Positions 18,645-27,993 of a DNA stretch of 64,000 bases are shown one piece after another (position 1 is the stretch's first letter; each line of letters opens with the position of its first letter). The notes under the pieces were generated by a model. It searched no databases and was not told where the DNA came from. It worked only from the letters and a program-made list of their open reading frames with translations. The translations under genes and the position numbers were made by a program. The stretch comes from Cenarchaeum sp. (GTDB taxonomy: Archaea; Thermoproteota; Nitrososphaeria; Nitrososphaerales; Nitrosopumilaceae). Location of the stretch: positions 992,001-1,056,000 of the forward strand of contig CBDESU010000002.1 in assembly GCA_965242695.1 (NCBI GenBank). The letters are read 5' to 3'.

Positions 18645-19475
18645 ATGTCGGGCTCGGCCGTGGCTAGGCGGTACAAGCCGAAGATAAAGCAGGTGCTGCG
18701 GGAGGTTCCCCTCAAGCAGATCGTCGTCTGGAAGGAGGCGCAGGCGCGCCGGCTGGACCGCTCGCGGATCAGGGACCTGGCAAAGTCCATACGTAGCGAG
18801 GGCCTCCAGAACCCGCCCCTGATCCAGAGGAGCGGCAGGGGCGAGTACAAGCTCATATCCGGCCACCACCGCCTCTCGGCCCTGCGCTCGCTCGGCGCCA
18901 AGAGCGCAAAGTGCCTCGTCCTGACCAAGGACACGGCGTACGACCTGGAGGACGCAAAGGCCGCATCCGTCGTCGAGAACCTCCACCGCCACCAGATGAA
19001 CACGTCCGAGCTGGCCAACGCATGCGTCTTTCTTGCAGATCAGGTCGGCAAGGGGGCCGCCGCCCGCAAGCTCGGCATGTCGGCGCCGACGTTCCGCAAG
19101 TACCACGGATTCGCCGGGGTGCCGCAGCGCATAAAGGACCTGGTCCCGTCAAAGCTGTCGCGCGACGAGGCCACGCGCCTGTACCAGGCCGTGCCGGGCG
19201 TCGCAAAGGCCCTAAAGGTCGTCGACAACATCTCGCGGCTAGAGCCGCGCGCCCGCAGGGCGTACATCCGCATCCTGGCGTCAAAGCCGACCGCCAGCCA
19301 CAGGGAGGTGCTGGCCAGGGTGCGCAAGATCGGCGGCCCCAAGAAGAGGATCGTCATCGAGCTAGGAAGGAACAACGCGGCAAAGCTCGACCGCCTCGCC
19401 AAGCGGCGCAACACCGGCGTCGACAAGCTTGCCGACGACATCCTGCTCGGCTACCTCCGCAAGTACGGGCGCTGA
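18645..19475 (+). CDS. ParB/Srx-domain protein with HTH and C-terminal ribbon-helix-helix-like tail
   Basis: LAKSIRSEGLQNPPLI, LISGHHRLSA and ENLHR motifs; IELG...AKLDRLAKRRN at C-terminus. Confidence 0.85.
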   Translation: MSGSAVARRYKPKIKQVLREVPLKQIVVWKEAQARRLDRSRIRDLAKSIRSEGLQNPPLIQRSGRGEYKLISGHHRLSALRSLGAKSAKCLVLTKDTAYDLEDAKAASVVENLHRHQMNTSELANACVFLADQVGKGAAARKLGMSAPTFRKYHGFAGVPQRIKDLVPSKLSRDEATRLYQAVPGVAKALKVVDNISRLEPRARRAYIRILASKPTASHREVLARVRKIGGPKKRIVIELGRNNAAKLDRLAKRRNTGVDKLADDILLGYLRKYGR

Positions 19476-19541
19476 GGCGCCGCCTGCGCGCCGCCCGGGG
19501 CGGCGCGGTAGCAATATATCGAACCGCCCCGTGCGCCGCGC

Positions 19542-20297
19542 GTGGCCCCCCAGTACAGCGCCGACGACGTGCGCGAGATGGCCGAGTCGGGGATATGCGA
19601 GCCGTCGCGACTGCTGCACATACGCGGCATGATCGAGGCCGGCCGGCCGCTGTACAACTCGGACAGGGCGTACCTTGACAGGGTGGCCTCGCGGCTGGCC
19701 GGCAAGGAGGCGGCACTGCGCCAGGAGAACCGCCGCATACGCCGCGTGCTCGGGGCGGGGCCGGGCGCAGTGGGGGCGGCCGCGCGGGCCGGGCCCAGGC
19801 CGGCCGCGGCTCCGGCGGCAGAGCCGGCCGCGCGGGCCGGGCCCAGGCCGGCCGCGGCTCCGGCGGCAGAGCCGGCCGTCATTGATGACGGCGCGGCGCA
19901 TGCAGCGGAGCAGGCGGCGGCGCATGAAGCTGCGCAGGCCCCGCCTTCGCAGCCTGGGAGGCCCCTGCAGAGCCCGTCCGCCGCGGCCCCTGCCGGGACC
20001 GTCCCGGCACGCGGGCAGAGCCCCGCATCACCCGCGCCGGCCCCGGCGCCAGGTACTCCGCTTCTCGCCCAAGCCCATGAGTCCCGCCACACCCTGATCG
20101 ACGATGCATCGTTTGACGCCATTCTGGAACGCCGCGACCGCAGGCGGCATGCAGAGGCGCGCGAGCGGGCCGCCGAGGCCGCGGTCGGATCCCCGTCAAC
20201 GGAGCCCCGGGTTGCGCGGCAGGCCTCCTCTCCAGACGGCCGCCCAGCCCCCACGATCGCCGGCCGCCTCAGGGGGATCGTCGCCGGCCGCCGGTAG
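19542..20297 (+). CDS. Hypothetical protein with low-complexity Ala/Pro tail
   Basis: N-terminal SRLLHIR...GRPLYNSDRAYL segment; internal 48-bp duplication; TATA near 19513. Confidence 0.6.
   Translation: MAPQYSADDVREMAESGICEPSRLLHIRGMIEAGRPLYNSDRAYLDRVASRLAGKEAALRQENRRIRRVLGAGPGAVGAAARAGPRPAAAPAAEPAARAGPRPAAAPAAEPAVIDDGAAHAAEQAAAHEAAQAPPSQPGRPLQSPSAAAPAGTVPARGQSPASPAPAPAPGTPLLAQAHESRHTLIDDASFDAILERRDRRRHAEARERAAEAAVGSPSTEPRVARQASSPDGRPAPTIAGRLRGIVAGRR
19776..19878 (+). repeat. 48-bp tandem duplication (AARAGPRPAAAPAAEP x2)
   Basis: Direct sequence repeat. Confidence 0.85.
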
Positions 20298-20326
20298 GAT
20301 GCGAAGGCGGCGCCCCTCCCAGGCCG

Positions 20327-20866
20327 CTACTCGCCGCCCGCGTCAGCAGCCGCGACGACCCTCTTGCCGCGCCCCGATGGGACGATCTCCAGCCGCGCCC
20401 CGCCATACGGCCTTTCGAACTGCCTCCCCTCCTGCACCCTGTCGAGGAGGACGGCGAGCGCGGCGACCTCGGAGTGCGGCTGGCTCCCGACAGCCACGTT
20501 GTAGTCTGCCATGTCGTACACCTCCCTCGGCACCTTGCCGGCGCCGATGACGACGAGCAGGTCTCGCCCGCACGCGGCGATCTCGGCGGCCGCCTCGCCG
20601 ACGGGCAGGCCGTACATCGTGAGGTGCACTATTGCGGACGATCCCCTCCTGCTCCTCAGGACGGGCCTCCACGACTCGACCAGCTCTACCTCAAAGTCGC
20701 CGCCCCACTCGCGCCCGACCCCCTCCACCGTGCGCTTGATGTCCGCGCCGGCCTCGTCCATGAATATGCGCCTGGCCCCGAACGCGCGGGCCACAAGGGC
20801 CGCGTGAGTCGTGACGCGGTCGTCGCGCACGAGTCTCTCGCCGATGCGGAGGACCTCGATCGTCAT
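20327..20866 (-). CDS. trm56: tRNA (cytidine-56-2'-O)-methyltransferase
   Basis: [30 protein letters not shown] and [16 protein letters not shown] motifs. Confidence 0.95.
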   Translation of the reverse strand: MTIEVLRIGERLVRDDRVTTHAALVARAFGARRIFMDEAGADIKRTVEGVGREWGGDFEVELVESWRPVLRSRRGSSAIVHLTMYGLPVGEAAAEIAACGRDLLVVIGAGKVPREVYDMADYNVAVGSQPHSEVAALAVLLDRVQEGRQFERPYGGARLEIVPSGRGKRVVAAADAGGE

Positions 20867-22038
20867 GGCCCGGCCGCCCCCGCATCTGGCCGGCCGCCGG
20901 CCCCCGGGGACTTCCACGCCTTCCCCTCCGGCGCCCTGCCCCCCTCCGCCCCGGGCCGCCCCGCCTCCCCGGCGACCCTCCTTGCCAGCGCCGCGAGCCT
21001 GTCCGCGTTCATTCCGGTCAGGGCCGAGACCGCGACCCACCTGCCTGCCGCGCCGCTGCCGAGCTCGGCGGCCCGGGCGGCAATCCCCTCCTCCCCGCCG
21101 GCGCCGGGCAGGTCTGCCTTGTTGAGCGCGTACACGACCCTGTCCGCGGGGGCGCCTATCTCGGAGAGCGCCGACATGCAGCTGCGCACCTTCTTGCGCA
21201 TCTCGGCCGGATCGTCGGACGCGTCGACGACGACGACGATCGCGTCGGCGTACAGCAGCTCCTCGAGCGTCGACTTGAACGCCTCTATCATGTACGCGGG
21301 GAGCTTGCTGATGAACCCGACCGTGTCCGAGAGCAGGCAGGCGGGATCCCCCCTCCCGCCAGGCATGCGCCTCGTCGTCGTCGACAGGGTCGTGAACAGG
21401 CCGGCGCCCTCCTCGCCGCTCTCGCCGGTGAGCCTGTTGAACAGCGTCGTCTTGCCGGCCGACGTGTACCCCGCAAGCGAGATCGCCCTCAGGCCGGCCC
21501 TCCTCCTGCCGCGCCGGTGCAGGTCGCGCTGCCTGCGCGACTTTGCGAGCTTTTCGCGCGCCGCGTTCATGCGGCCGCGTATGTCGTTGTAGTACACGTC
21601 GACCTCGAACCTGCCGATCCCCATGAACCCGGGCTGCTCGCCCATCTTGGCGAGGCGCACCCTCTCGCGGGCCCTGGACATCTCGTACCTCATCTGCGCG
21701 AGCCTCACCTGCAGCTTCGACTCGGCGCTCGAGGCCCTCCCCTCGAATATCTCGAGTATGAGCGCCTCCCTGTCTAGTATGTCGAGGCGCAGCCTGGATG
21801 CGAGGTTGTAGTGCTGGCTCGGCTTTAGCACCTCGTCGTACACGACGACGTCGGGGCGCAGGCGCGCCGCCTCGCCCTCCAGCCTGCCGACGACCTCTTC
21901 GCTCACGCCGTACCTTGGCCTCTTGAGGTAGGCCTGCCGGACGGTGTGCCGAACCGCGTAGCCTGCCGCGTCGCACAGCGCGGCCGCCTCGGCGGCGGAC
22001 CGGTCGTCGTCGTACGATACGAGGATTGCAGTGCGCAT
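20863..22038 (-). CDS. hflX: GTPase HflX
   Basis: LILEIFE.RA...[30 protein letters not shown] and NKAD motifs. Confidence 0.95.
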   Translation of the reverse strand: MRTAILVSYDDDRSAAEAAALCDAAGYAVRHTVRQAYLKRPRYGVSEEVVGRLEGEAARLRPDVVVYDEVLKPSQHYNLASRLRLDILDREALILEIFEGRASSAESKLQVRLAQMRYEMSRARERVRLAKMGEQPGFMGIGRFEVDVYYNDIRGRMNAAREKLAKSRRQRDLHRRGRRRAGLRAISLAGYTSAGKTTLFNRLTGESGEEGAGLFTTLSTTTRRMPGGRGDPACLLSDTVGFISKLPAYMIEAFKSTLEELLYADAIVVVVDASDDPAEMRKKVRSCMSALSEIGAPADRVVYALNKADLPGAGGEEGIAARAAELGSGAAGRWVAVSALTGMNADRLAALARRVAGEAGRPGAEGGRAPEGKAWKSPGAGGRPDAGAAGP

Positions 22039-22041
22039 CGG

Positions 22042-23118
22042 TCATCTCTTCTTCAGGGACCTCTCTACGGTCATGTTCAGGACGATCTCGGCGATGTCGC
22101 TTGCGTACTCGGCGATGCGCCTCACGTCCTCGGCGGCCCTGCGTATGCGGTACACCTCGTCGCCGCCGCCGCCCCTGCCGGCGGCCATCTCCAGGACGGC
22201 CGCCTCGCGCGAGGCGATGCCGGCGGCCCTCTTGATCGTCGCCTCGGCTAGCGCATAGTCCTTCTTGAACAGGGCAAGGCACGCGTCGTCGAGCACGCCG
22301 GCCGCAAAGTCGGCCATCTCGGAGATGCGCCGCGCCGCGCTGCTCCCGATCGGCCTCCTCACGTCGATCACGTCCTGCGCTATGCGGGCTGCGTGGTCGC
22401 CCGTCCGCTCGATGTTCTTCGCTATGAGCCTGTACCCGAGGCAGTTGCGCGCGTGCTCGAAGCCCATCTCGGCGAGCACGTGCTCGTTATCGATGGCCGT
22501 CTTGAGCTGGCGTATGATGTAGAACCCGAACCGGTCGACCTCGTCGTCGTCGCCGGCGACCTTCTTGGCTAGCGCCTCGTCGCCGTCGGCAAGGGCCATG
22601 ACCGCATCGCCGAGCATGCCCTTTGCCAGGTGCAGCATGCGCTTGAACGCGCTGTCTACGGTGAGCTTCTCCGGCCCGACGAGTATCTGTATCGTGACGC
22701 CGGATGCAGAGTCCGACGTGACCTCTGCCCCCATGAGCATGCTCCTGGCCGCCTTTTGGATGGACGAGCGCTGGCCGACGCTGAGCCTGCCGCCCTTCGG
22801 CTTTATGCGGATCGTCTTGAAGCCGAGAAAGTACAGCGAGATGAGCCGCCTGACGGTCGCCGCCGCGCCCTCGCCCGGGCCGATCTCGACGACCGCATCG
22901 CCGCGCCGCGCCGGCCCGCCGCGCGCCCTGGCGGGGTACACGTACAGCCCGGACGAGCCGCGCCGCACGACCATCACCTCGTCCTTTTTCCTGAGGCCCA
23001 TGTCCCTGACCCACGGCTTTGGCAGCGAGACGATGAACGTCGACTTGCCCGTCTCCTGGATGCGGCGCGTCTCCTCCCTGCTGTCCATGATGCGGCGCGC
23101 CTCCTCCTCCCCGTCCAT
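22042..23118 (-). CDS. AbrB/PhoU-domain phosphate uptake regulator
   Basis: RRIQETGKSTFIVSLPKPW AbrB domain plus two PhoU repeats (DDEVDRF, ERTGDHA, RRIAEYA). Confidence 0.92.
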   Translation of the reverse strand: MDGEEEARRIMDSREETRRIQETGKSTFIVSLPKPWVRDMGLRKKDEVMVVRRGSSGLYVYPARARGGPARRGDAVVEIGPGEGAAATVRRLISLYFLGFKTIRIKPKGGRLSVGQRSSIQKAARSMLMGAEVTSDSASGVTIQILVGPEKLTVDSAFKRMLHLAKGMLGDAVMALADGDEALAKKVAGDDDEVDRFGFYIIRQLKTAIDNEHVLAEMGFEHARNCLGYRLIAKNIERTGDHAARIAQDVIDVRRPIGSSAARRISEMADFAAGVLDDACLALFKKDYALAEATIKRAAGIASREAAVLEMAAGRGGGGDEVYRIRRAAEDVRRIAEYASDIAEIVLNMTVERSLKKR

Positions 23119-23196
23119 GCGCCCTCCGCGGTGCGGCGCCCTATATAGTTGACGGGGAGCCCGACCGGTTATAGGGCGGCGGCGGGGGCGCGGCGC

Positions 23197-23661
23197 GTGG
23201 ACGATGCGGCAAAGGTCGCCCGGACGATAGATGCGCTGTTCGGGCGCGGCGCGTCGGCGAGGCTGCCGCGCCGCCTCGGCATAGAAAGGTCGAGGAGGAC
23301 GGGCCGCGTGAGGTCGGTGCGCGATGCGGCCGACGGCGCGCTGCTCTGCACGGCCCGCCCCGACGGGGGGCTTGCCGTGACGGTCAGGCTGGCGTCCGAG
23401 CTTGCGCGCGGCAGGCCGTTCCGCAGGCACTGCGTTGTAGTCGACGCCGAGACGGCCCCGTTTGCGGCCGCCGGCAGGTCGGTCTTTTGCGGCCATGTGG
23501 TCTCGTGCGGCCCCGGCATAAGGGCGGGGTCGGAGGCGGCCGTCGTGTTCGACGGGCGCGTGATCGCGGTCGGCCGCGCCGCCGTGCCGGCCGCCGTCAT
23601 GTCCACGGCGGACAGGGGCGTGGCCGTGCGCATCCGCGATCACTTAAAAGGCGGCTTGTGA
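23197..23661 (+). CDS. PUA-domain protein (archaeosine TGT C-terminal-like)
   Basis: SRRTGRVRSV, GRSVFCGHV, IRAGSE, IAVGRA and RGVAVRIR motifs. Confidence 0.8.
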   Translation: MDDAAKVARTIDALFGRGASARLPRRLGIERSRRTGRVRSVRDAADGALLCTARPDGGLAVTVRLASELARGRPFRRHCVVVDAETAPFAAAGRSVFCGHVVSCGPGIRAGSEAAVVFDGRVIAVGRAAVPAAVMSTADRGVAVRIRDHLKGGL

Positions 23662-23671
23662 GGTGCGCGGC

Positions 23672-24052
23672 ATGGCTAGGGGCGGCGGAGTCGGAGGCGG
23701 AGGCGGCATGGGAAACCGCAAGATGCGGCGCGCAATGGGCCGCATGATGGCAGGCGCCGGCGCCAACGCCGAGCCGGTGCCCGACGTGCTAGAGGTCGTC
23801 ATACGGACAGAGCGCAGCGAGACGATCCTGCCAAAGCCGACCGTGATGAGAATGGAGGCCGGCGGCAGGACGTCGTTTACGGTCAGCGGCGCGGACGTGG
23901 AGGAGCGCGAGATCGAGGCGCCCGCGTTCCGCGACGAGGATATAGACCTCGTCTGCCAGCAGACCGGCGTCGGCAGGGACAGGGCCGTCGAGGTGCTCGG
24001 CGAGACCGGCGGCGATATGGCGCAGGCGATAATGCGGCTCAGCTCGGGCTGA
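23672..24052 (+). CDS. nac: Nascent polypeptide-associated complex protein
   Basis: R.MRR.M.RM, V.EV.I and EDIDLVCQQTGV...GDMAQAIM UBA-like tail. Confidence 0.9.
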   Translation: MARGGGVGGGGGMGNRKMRRAMGRMMAGAGANAEPVPDVLEVVIRTERSETILPKPTVMRMEAGGRTSFTVSGADVEEREIEAPAFRDEDIDLVCQQTGVGRDRAVEVLGETGGDMAQAIMRLSSG

Positions 24053-24086
24053 ATGGTTTAATTAGCTCGCCCGGCGGCCGCGGATC

Positions 24087-24440
24087 GTGAGCAGCGAGGG
24101 CCCGGCGGCCGCGGGATCGGGGTCGAGGGTGGCCGGGATCGTCGGGGCCCTGTCGGCCCTAGAGGACGACCTAGACTCGCTCGACGGCGGCATGGACGAG
24201 ATGGGGCGCCGCCTTGCCGCTGGGGCCCAGTCCGAGATCGACGCGATGCTCGCGCGCACGCGCGAGACGGCGTCGAAGGAGGCCGAGCGGATGATCTCAA
24301 AGGCCAGGGCGGATGCCGAGGCAGAGGCGGCCGGCATTGCCCAGGCCGGCGAGGCGCGCATGGGCGAGCTGCGCGCGAGCATCGACTCTGGGATGGATCG
24401 GGCCGTCGAGCACGTGGTCTCGTCCGTCCTGAGGGCCTAG
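24087..24440 (+). CDS. Coiled-coil protein, A/V-type ATPase subunit H/G-like
   Basis: All-helical; KEAERMISKARADAEAEA and DRAVEHVV pattern. Confidence 0.55.
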   Translation: MSSEGPAAAGSGSRVAGIVGALSALEDDLDSLDGGMDEMGRRLAAGAQSEIDAMLARTRETASKEAERMISKARADAEAEAAGIAQAGEARMGELRASIDSGMDRAVEHVVSSVLRA

Positions 24441-24458
24441 GCGGGCCGGACGATTGCA

Positions 24459-25220
24459 ATGGCGCCGGCACGGATGTTGGCGGCGGGAGCGGGGGCGGAT
24501 ACTGGCGGGCCCGCGCCGCAGCCGCGCGGCACGGCGGGCGGCCCCTACAGTCCCTGCCCCGCGCTGTGCAGCCTTAGGGTGGGGGTCGCGACGGTAAGGG
24601 GCAGGCCGTACTACCGGTTCGCATCTGCGCTGCGGCGCATCGGCGTGCGCTTCGACTCCATCCTGCCCGGCGCCGTCCCGTCGTACCGCGGCGATGCCGT
24701 CCTTACGACGCGGGCCGAGGCGCCCCTGCCGGCGGCGCGCGCCGCCCTCTTGTTCGAGGATGCATGCGGGCTCGAGCCGGCCGTGCTGGCCGGCCGCCTG
24801 CTGCGCTGCCGCCCCTCTGCCGTTCCGGGGGAGGCCGGCGAGCGCCTGCTCGCGGGGATCGACCCGGGCAGCCGCATCGGCCTGTCTGTGTCGTACCGCG
24901 GGTGCGAGATAGAGAGCTCGCTGCATGCGTCGCCGGCGCGCGTTGCAGCCAGGGTTGCGGCGATATTTGCCGGCCTCGAGGCGGCGCGCCGGACGGTCCG
25001 CATAGGCGACGGCAGCAGGGGGACTGCATTGCGCATCGCCGAACTGCTCGGCCGCGGGTGCAATACGCCGTTCGAGCTGGAGCTGGTCGACGAGAACGGC
25101 ACGAGCCCGCGCTCGAAGAGCTGCAACCAGGGCGGCAGGCGCGACCGCATGTCCGCGTTGTACATTTCGCGGCGGCCTGGCGTCGCCGTGAGGGCCGCGG
25201 CCGTGGCGGCAGCCGCCTAG
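24459..25220 (+). CDS. Hypothetical protein with YqgF/RNase H-like domain
   Basis: LAGIDPGSRIGL, RIGDG, LVDENGTS and D.MSALYI motifs; start uncertain. Confidence 0.65.
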   Translation: MAPARMLAAGAGADTGGPAPQPRGTAGGPYSPCPALCSLRVGVATVRGRPYYRFASALRRIGVRFDSILPGAVPSYRGDAVLTTRAEAPLPAARAALLFEDACGLEPAVLAGRLLRCRPSAVPGEAGERLLAGIDPGSRIGLSVSYRGCEIESSLHASPARVAARVAAIFAGLEAARRTVRIGDGSRGTALRIAELLGRGCNTPFELELVDENGTSPRSKSCNQGGRRDRMSALYISRRPGVAVRAAAVAAAA

Positions 25221-25864
25221 CCTGCCCGCGCCGGCGACGACTCTGCCTTTTCGGCGCCTGCGTCCAGCTTTCCGCACCCGCACCCGCGGCCTGACTCTAC
25301 GTACCGGGCGGCATCCTCGGACTCCGCCTTGCCAGACATAGAACCTTTCCCCGCAGGCGGCGCAGAGCAGCACGACCCTGACCCGCGCTCGATGCCGCGC
25401 GCCACCCAGTACACGGAAAACAAGAGGACGCCGGCCGAGAGGATCTTTAGCTCCAGCCCCTGCATCGGGAACACCGAGAGGCCGCCGACGGCGCCGAGGA
25501 TGACGGCCAGGGGGGCCGTGCAGGCGGGGCATCCGGGCGTGAACGCGGCGGCGGCCCCGCCGAGGACGGTCGTCGCAGACGACGACGACTGGCTGGCCCG
25601 CCGTCGCCCAGCCCTTGCCGCGCCGATCCTGTACGCGATGAGGGCAAAGTTGATGCCGGCCAGGGCCGAGACGGCGGCGGTCAGGCCGAGCGAGGCGGCC
25701 AGGTGCGCCGGGGCCAGGCCGGCGGCCGCCCCGAGGTGCGATGCAAGCATGGACATGGTGAGAAAGTAGTATGCGATGCCCGTTCCGGCGGCGCCGGCCG
25801 CCGCCACGGCCGCGTACCTTCTCGTCGACAGCACCTGCGCGACCACGCCGACCTTGCCGTTCAC
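25217..25864 (-). CDS. Hypothetical membrane protein with CxxC motif
   Basis: About 4 hydrophobic segments, GCPAC, Cys-rich tail (SCCS, GCGCG). Confidence 0.7.
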   Translation of the reverse strand: MNGKVGVVAQVLSTRRYAAVAAAGAAGTGIAYYFLTMSMLASHLGAAAGLAPAHLAASLGLTAAVSALAGINFALIAYRIGAARAGRRRASQSSSSATTVLGGAAAAFTPGCPACTAPLAVILGAVGGLSVFPMQGLELKILSAGVLLFSVYWVARGIERGSGSCCSAPPAGKGSMSGKAESEDAARYVESGRGCGCGKLDAGAEKAESSPARAG

Positions 25865-26320
25865 GGCACTGCCTGCGGCCGCCCGTATTTTAACTGTGGC
25901 CGCGCGGGCAGGAGGCCGTTGGCGGCGGGCCCCGGTTCCCCCACCGGGCAGCGGAACCTGCCGCCACTATTCGCGGGGTGGATTCCTTAGCCCGCCCGCC
26001 TGTCGCACGGCCAGAGCATGGCCTCGATTGTGCCCTACCGCTGGACATGGCACATTGTTCGCACTTGCTGTGCAGCTGCCGCGGCTCGCCGGCCCGATTT
26101 ACGCACCGCCCGCGCGCCGCTGACACGTACTGGCCGCCCGCCGCCTTCCGGGCGCAATTCCAGAACGGAGACGCAGTCCTGACATGTCCTTGGCGGCAGG
26201 GCCATTCCTGTCGGCCCTGGAAGCGACCACTGTGCCGAGACCAGCAGACGCGCCCCTATCCCCAGCAGACGGGTCGCCGCCTCGATACGCTTTATAATGG
26301 GGGATGAACGCCGCCGAGCG

Positions 26321-26908
26321 ATGGACAGGTACGACCTAATAGTCTCGATGTTGCACGCCAACGGCGGTGTCATCAAGGACAGAACCGTGGTCCAAAAAAT
26401 CGCGTACTTTGCAAATCTCCGACTGGACATTGATGGCATCACCTACAGGGACTATTTCTACGGGCCGTTCAGCAGGGAGGTGGCACTCGGACTAGAGCTT
26501 CTTGCCTCGTCGCTCTTCATCAGGGAGACGGTGAGGAAGACGTCGATCGAGGAGTACACGTACGAACTGACCGGGGACGGCACGGATCTGGCAGCCGAGA
26601 TTGTGGAGGAGAGCCCACGGGAGCATAGCACAGTAGTGTCAGTCTTGGCCACATGCAAAGAGCACTGCTCTCTCCATGCCCGGCCGCTGTCGTGCGCCGC
26701 CAAGATCCACTTCATGCATAAGAACGAGCCGGGGCGCGCGTCATCGCAGTCGGAGATGCGAAAAATGGCGCTGGACTTTGGCTGGAACATGACCGGCCAG
26801 GAGATCGACAGCGGCATGGATCTGCTGCGCGCGCTTGAGGGAACGGGGGCCGCCGCATGGCGGGGCAGCTCGCTCACATGCGGGATTCCCTGTGTGGCCT
26901 TGACCTGA
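26321..26908 (+). CDS. YwgA/Panacea (DUF4065)-like winged-helix protein
   Basis: RTVVQKIAYF, Y..YFYGPFSREV and YTYELT..G motifs; TTTATAA at 26291. Confidence 0.7.
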   Translation: MDRYDLIVSMLHANGGVIKDRTVVQKIAYFANLRLDIDGITYRDYFYGPFSREVALGLELLASSLFIRETVRKTSIEEYTYELTGDGTDLAAEIVEESPREHSTVVSVLATCKEHCSLHARPLSCAAKIHFMHKNEPGRASSQSEMRKMALDFGWNMTGQEIDSGMDLLRALEGTGAAAWRGSSLTCGIPCVALT

Positions 26909-27052
26909 CAGGCGACGAGACCCGCGCAGTCGATGCGGAGGCGTACCGGCGCCTCCGAAGGACAACGCAGCTGTCCAACGCGTGCCTGGTGTACCCCGCA
27001 GCAGTGCACGGCAGGATCGAGCATGCGCTTGGCGCGGCGGATGCGGCGGGCC
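26857..27052 (+). pseudogene. N-terminal fragment of an HD-superfamily (dNTPase/YwfO-like) phosphohydrolase
   Basis: RDSL.G.DLT.DE..AVD..AYRRLRR.TQL..A.LVYP.A.H.R.EHALG matches the family N-terminus; similarity is lost before the HD dyad. Confidence 0.7.
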
Positions 27053-27055
27053 TCC

Positions 27056-27382
27056 CTACCCGCTCGTCCTCTGCATTGCGCCGCGCACGCCCTCCAGAAA
27101 GGCGGTCCTTGCCAGCCCCTCCATCTCGCGGTGGTGCTCGGCCGTGCCGTCGCCGGCGCCGCCTAGGTCTAGGCGCCCCGAGACGTCAAGGAACGACGAG
27201 GCGACAAGGGTTCGCAGGTCGCGCGCCGCCTCGGGCATGGCATCTTGGCGCTGCGCTAGCGCGCGCAGGCCGCCAATGATGTTCTTTTGCTGCTCGGCGA
27301 TGATGCGAAGCAGCTCGGTCTGGGCCTTTAGCTCTTCCAGCACGGGATCCTCGGGGGAGGGAAGCTGCTTCCTGCCTAGCAC
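27056..27382 (-). CDS. Hypothetical coiled-coil protein
   Basis: EELKAQTELLRIIAEQQKNI heptad pattern; AT-rich TATTTTA about 25 bp upstream. Confidence 0.45.
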   Translation of the reverse strand: MLGRKQLPSPEDPVLEELKAQTELLRIIAEQQKNIIGGLRALAQRQDAMPEAARDLRTLVASSFLDVSGRLDLGGAGDGTAEHHREMEGLARTAFLEGVRGAMQRTSG

Positions 27383-27803
27383 GCAGGGGGGCGCCGGCCG
27401 GCCCTAAAATACCCTTTCGGCCCTACGCCGCGGCACCATCCGCTGTGCCGGACTGCCGGGCCGCCCCGTCTGCCTCCTCGCATTCCCTTGGACGCCGTCT
27501 AGGGCGGACTAGGCAACTTTCCCTTGGTGGCCGCCTCAGCTAGGGCTCCGTTGGCGATGCCTGCTTGGGCATTGTTGCAGGGAACTATCCTGCATCCCTT
27601 GGGACCACGACCCGCCCCGACAGACCCGCACCCGTGCACTGCTCCGCCGTGTTGGACCGCCCCCGCCGGATCACCCGGACGGGTTTTTGTAGCCAATCCA
27701 CTGACGGCCGTTCGGCGCCGGCAATGCCCGGGACACTGCTGGTTGCCTAGGCCCGCTAGGGTCTGCCCCTGCGCGCCGGCCGTCACGGCCTTGCTTGCCC
27801 CCG

Positions 27804-27900
27804 CTATAGACCCGAGCATAAGTTTCTGACCCTTTTGCGTGCATCGATTAGGCGTCGATGTAGCAAAAAGGGGGTCAAGAACATGCGCTCGTGACTATAG
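27804..27900. mobile_element. 97-bp imperfect palindrome, MITE-like
   Basis: Both ends are CTATAG; the left arm aligns with the reverse complement of the right arm over about 44 bp around a 7-nt loop. Confidence 0.5.
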
Positions 27901-27993
27901 GGCCCGCGCCGCCGTCCATTGGATCGGGCCCTTGGGGCTTGATCCGCACCCCGCCGCCGCTCGTTTATAACCGCGCATTTGGAATAGTGGACG

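Noticed and set aside
14954-19475. Intact provirus spanning the capsid-like and ParB genes
   Set aside because: Core genes (hemerythrin, TFE) lie between them, and no integrase, terminase, portal or att repeats were found
25920-26290. Possible degraded tnpB tail / omega-RNA
   Set aside because: Only vague Cys-containing and DR-like fragments in different frames; not distinguishable from chance
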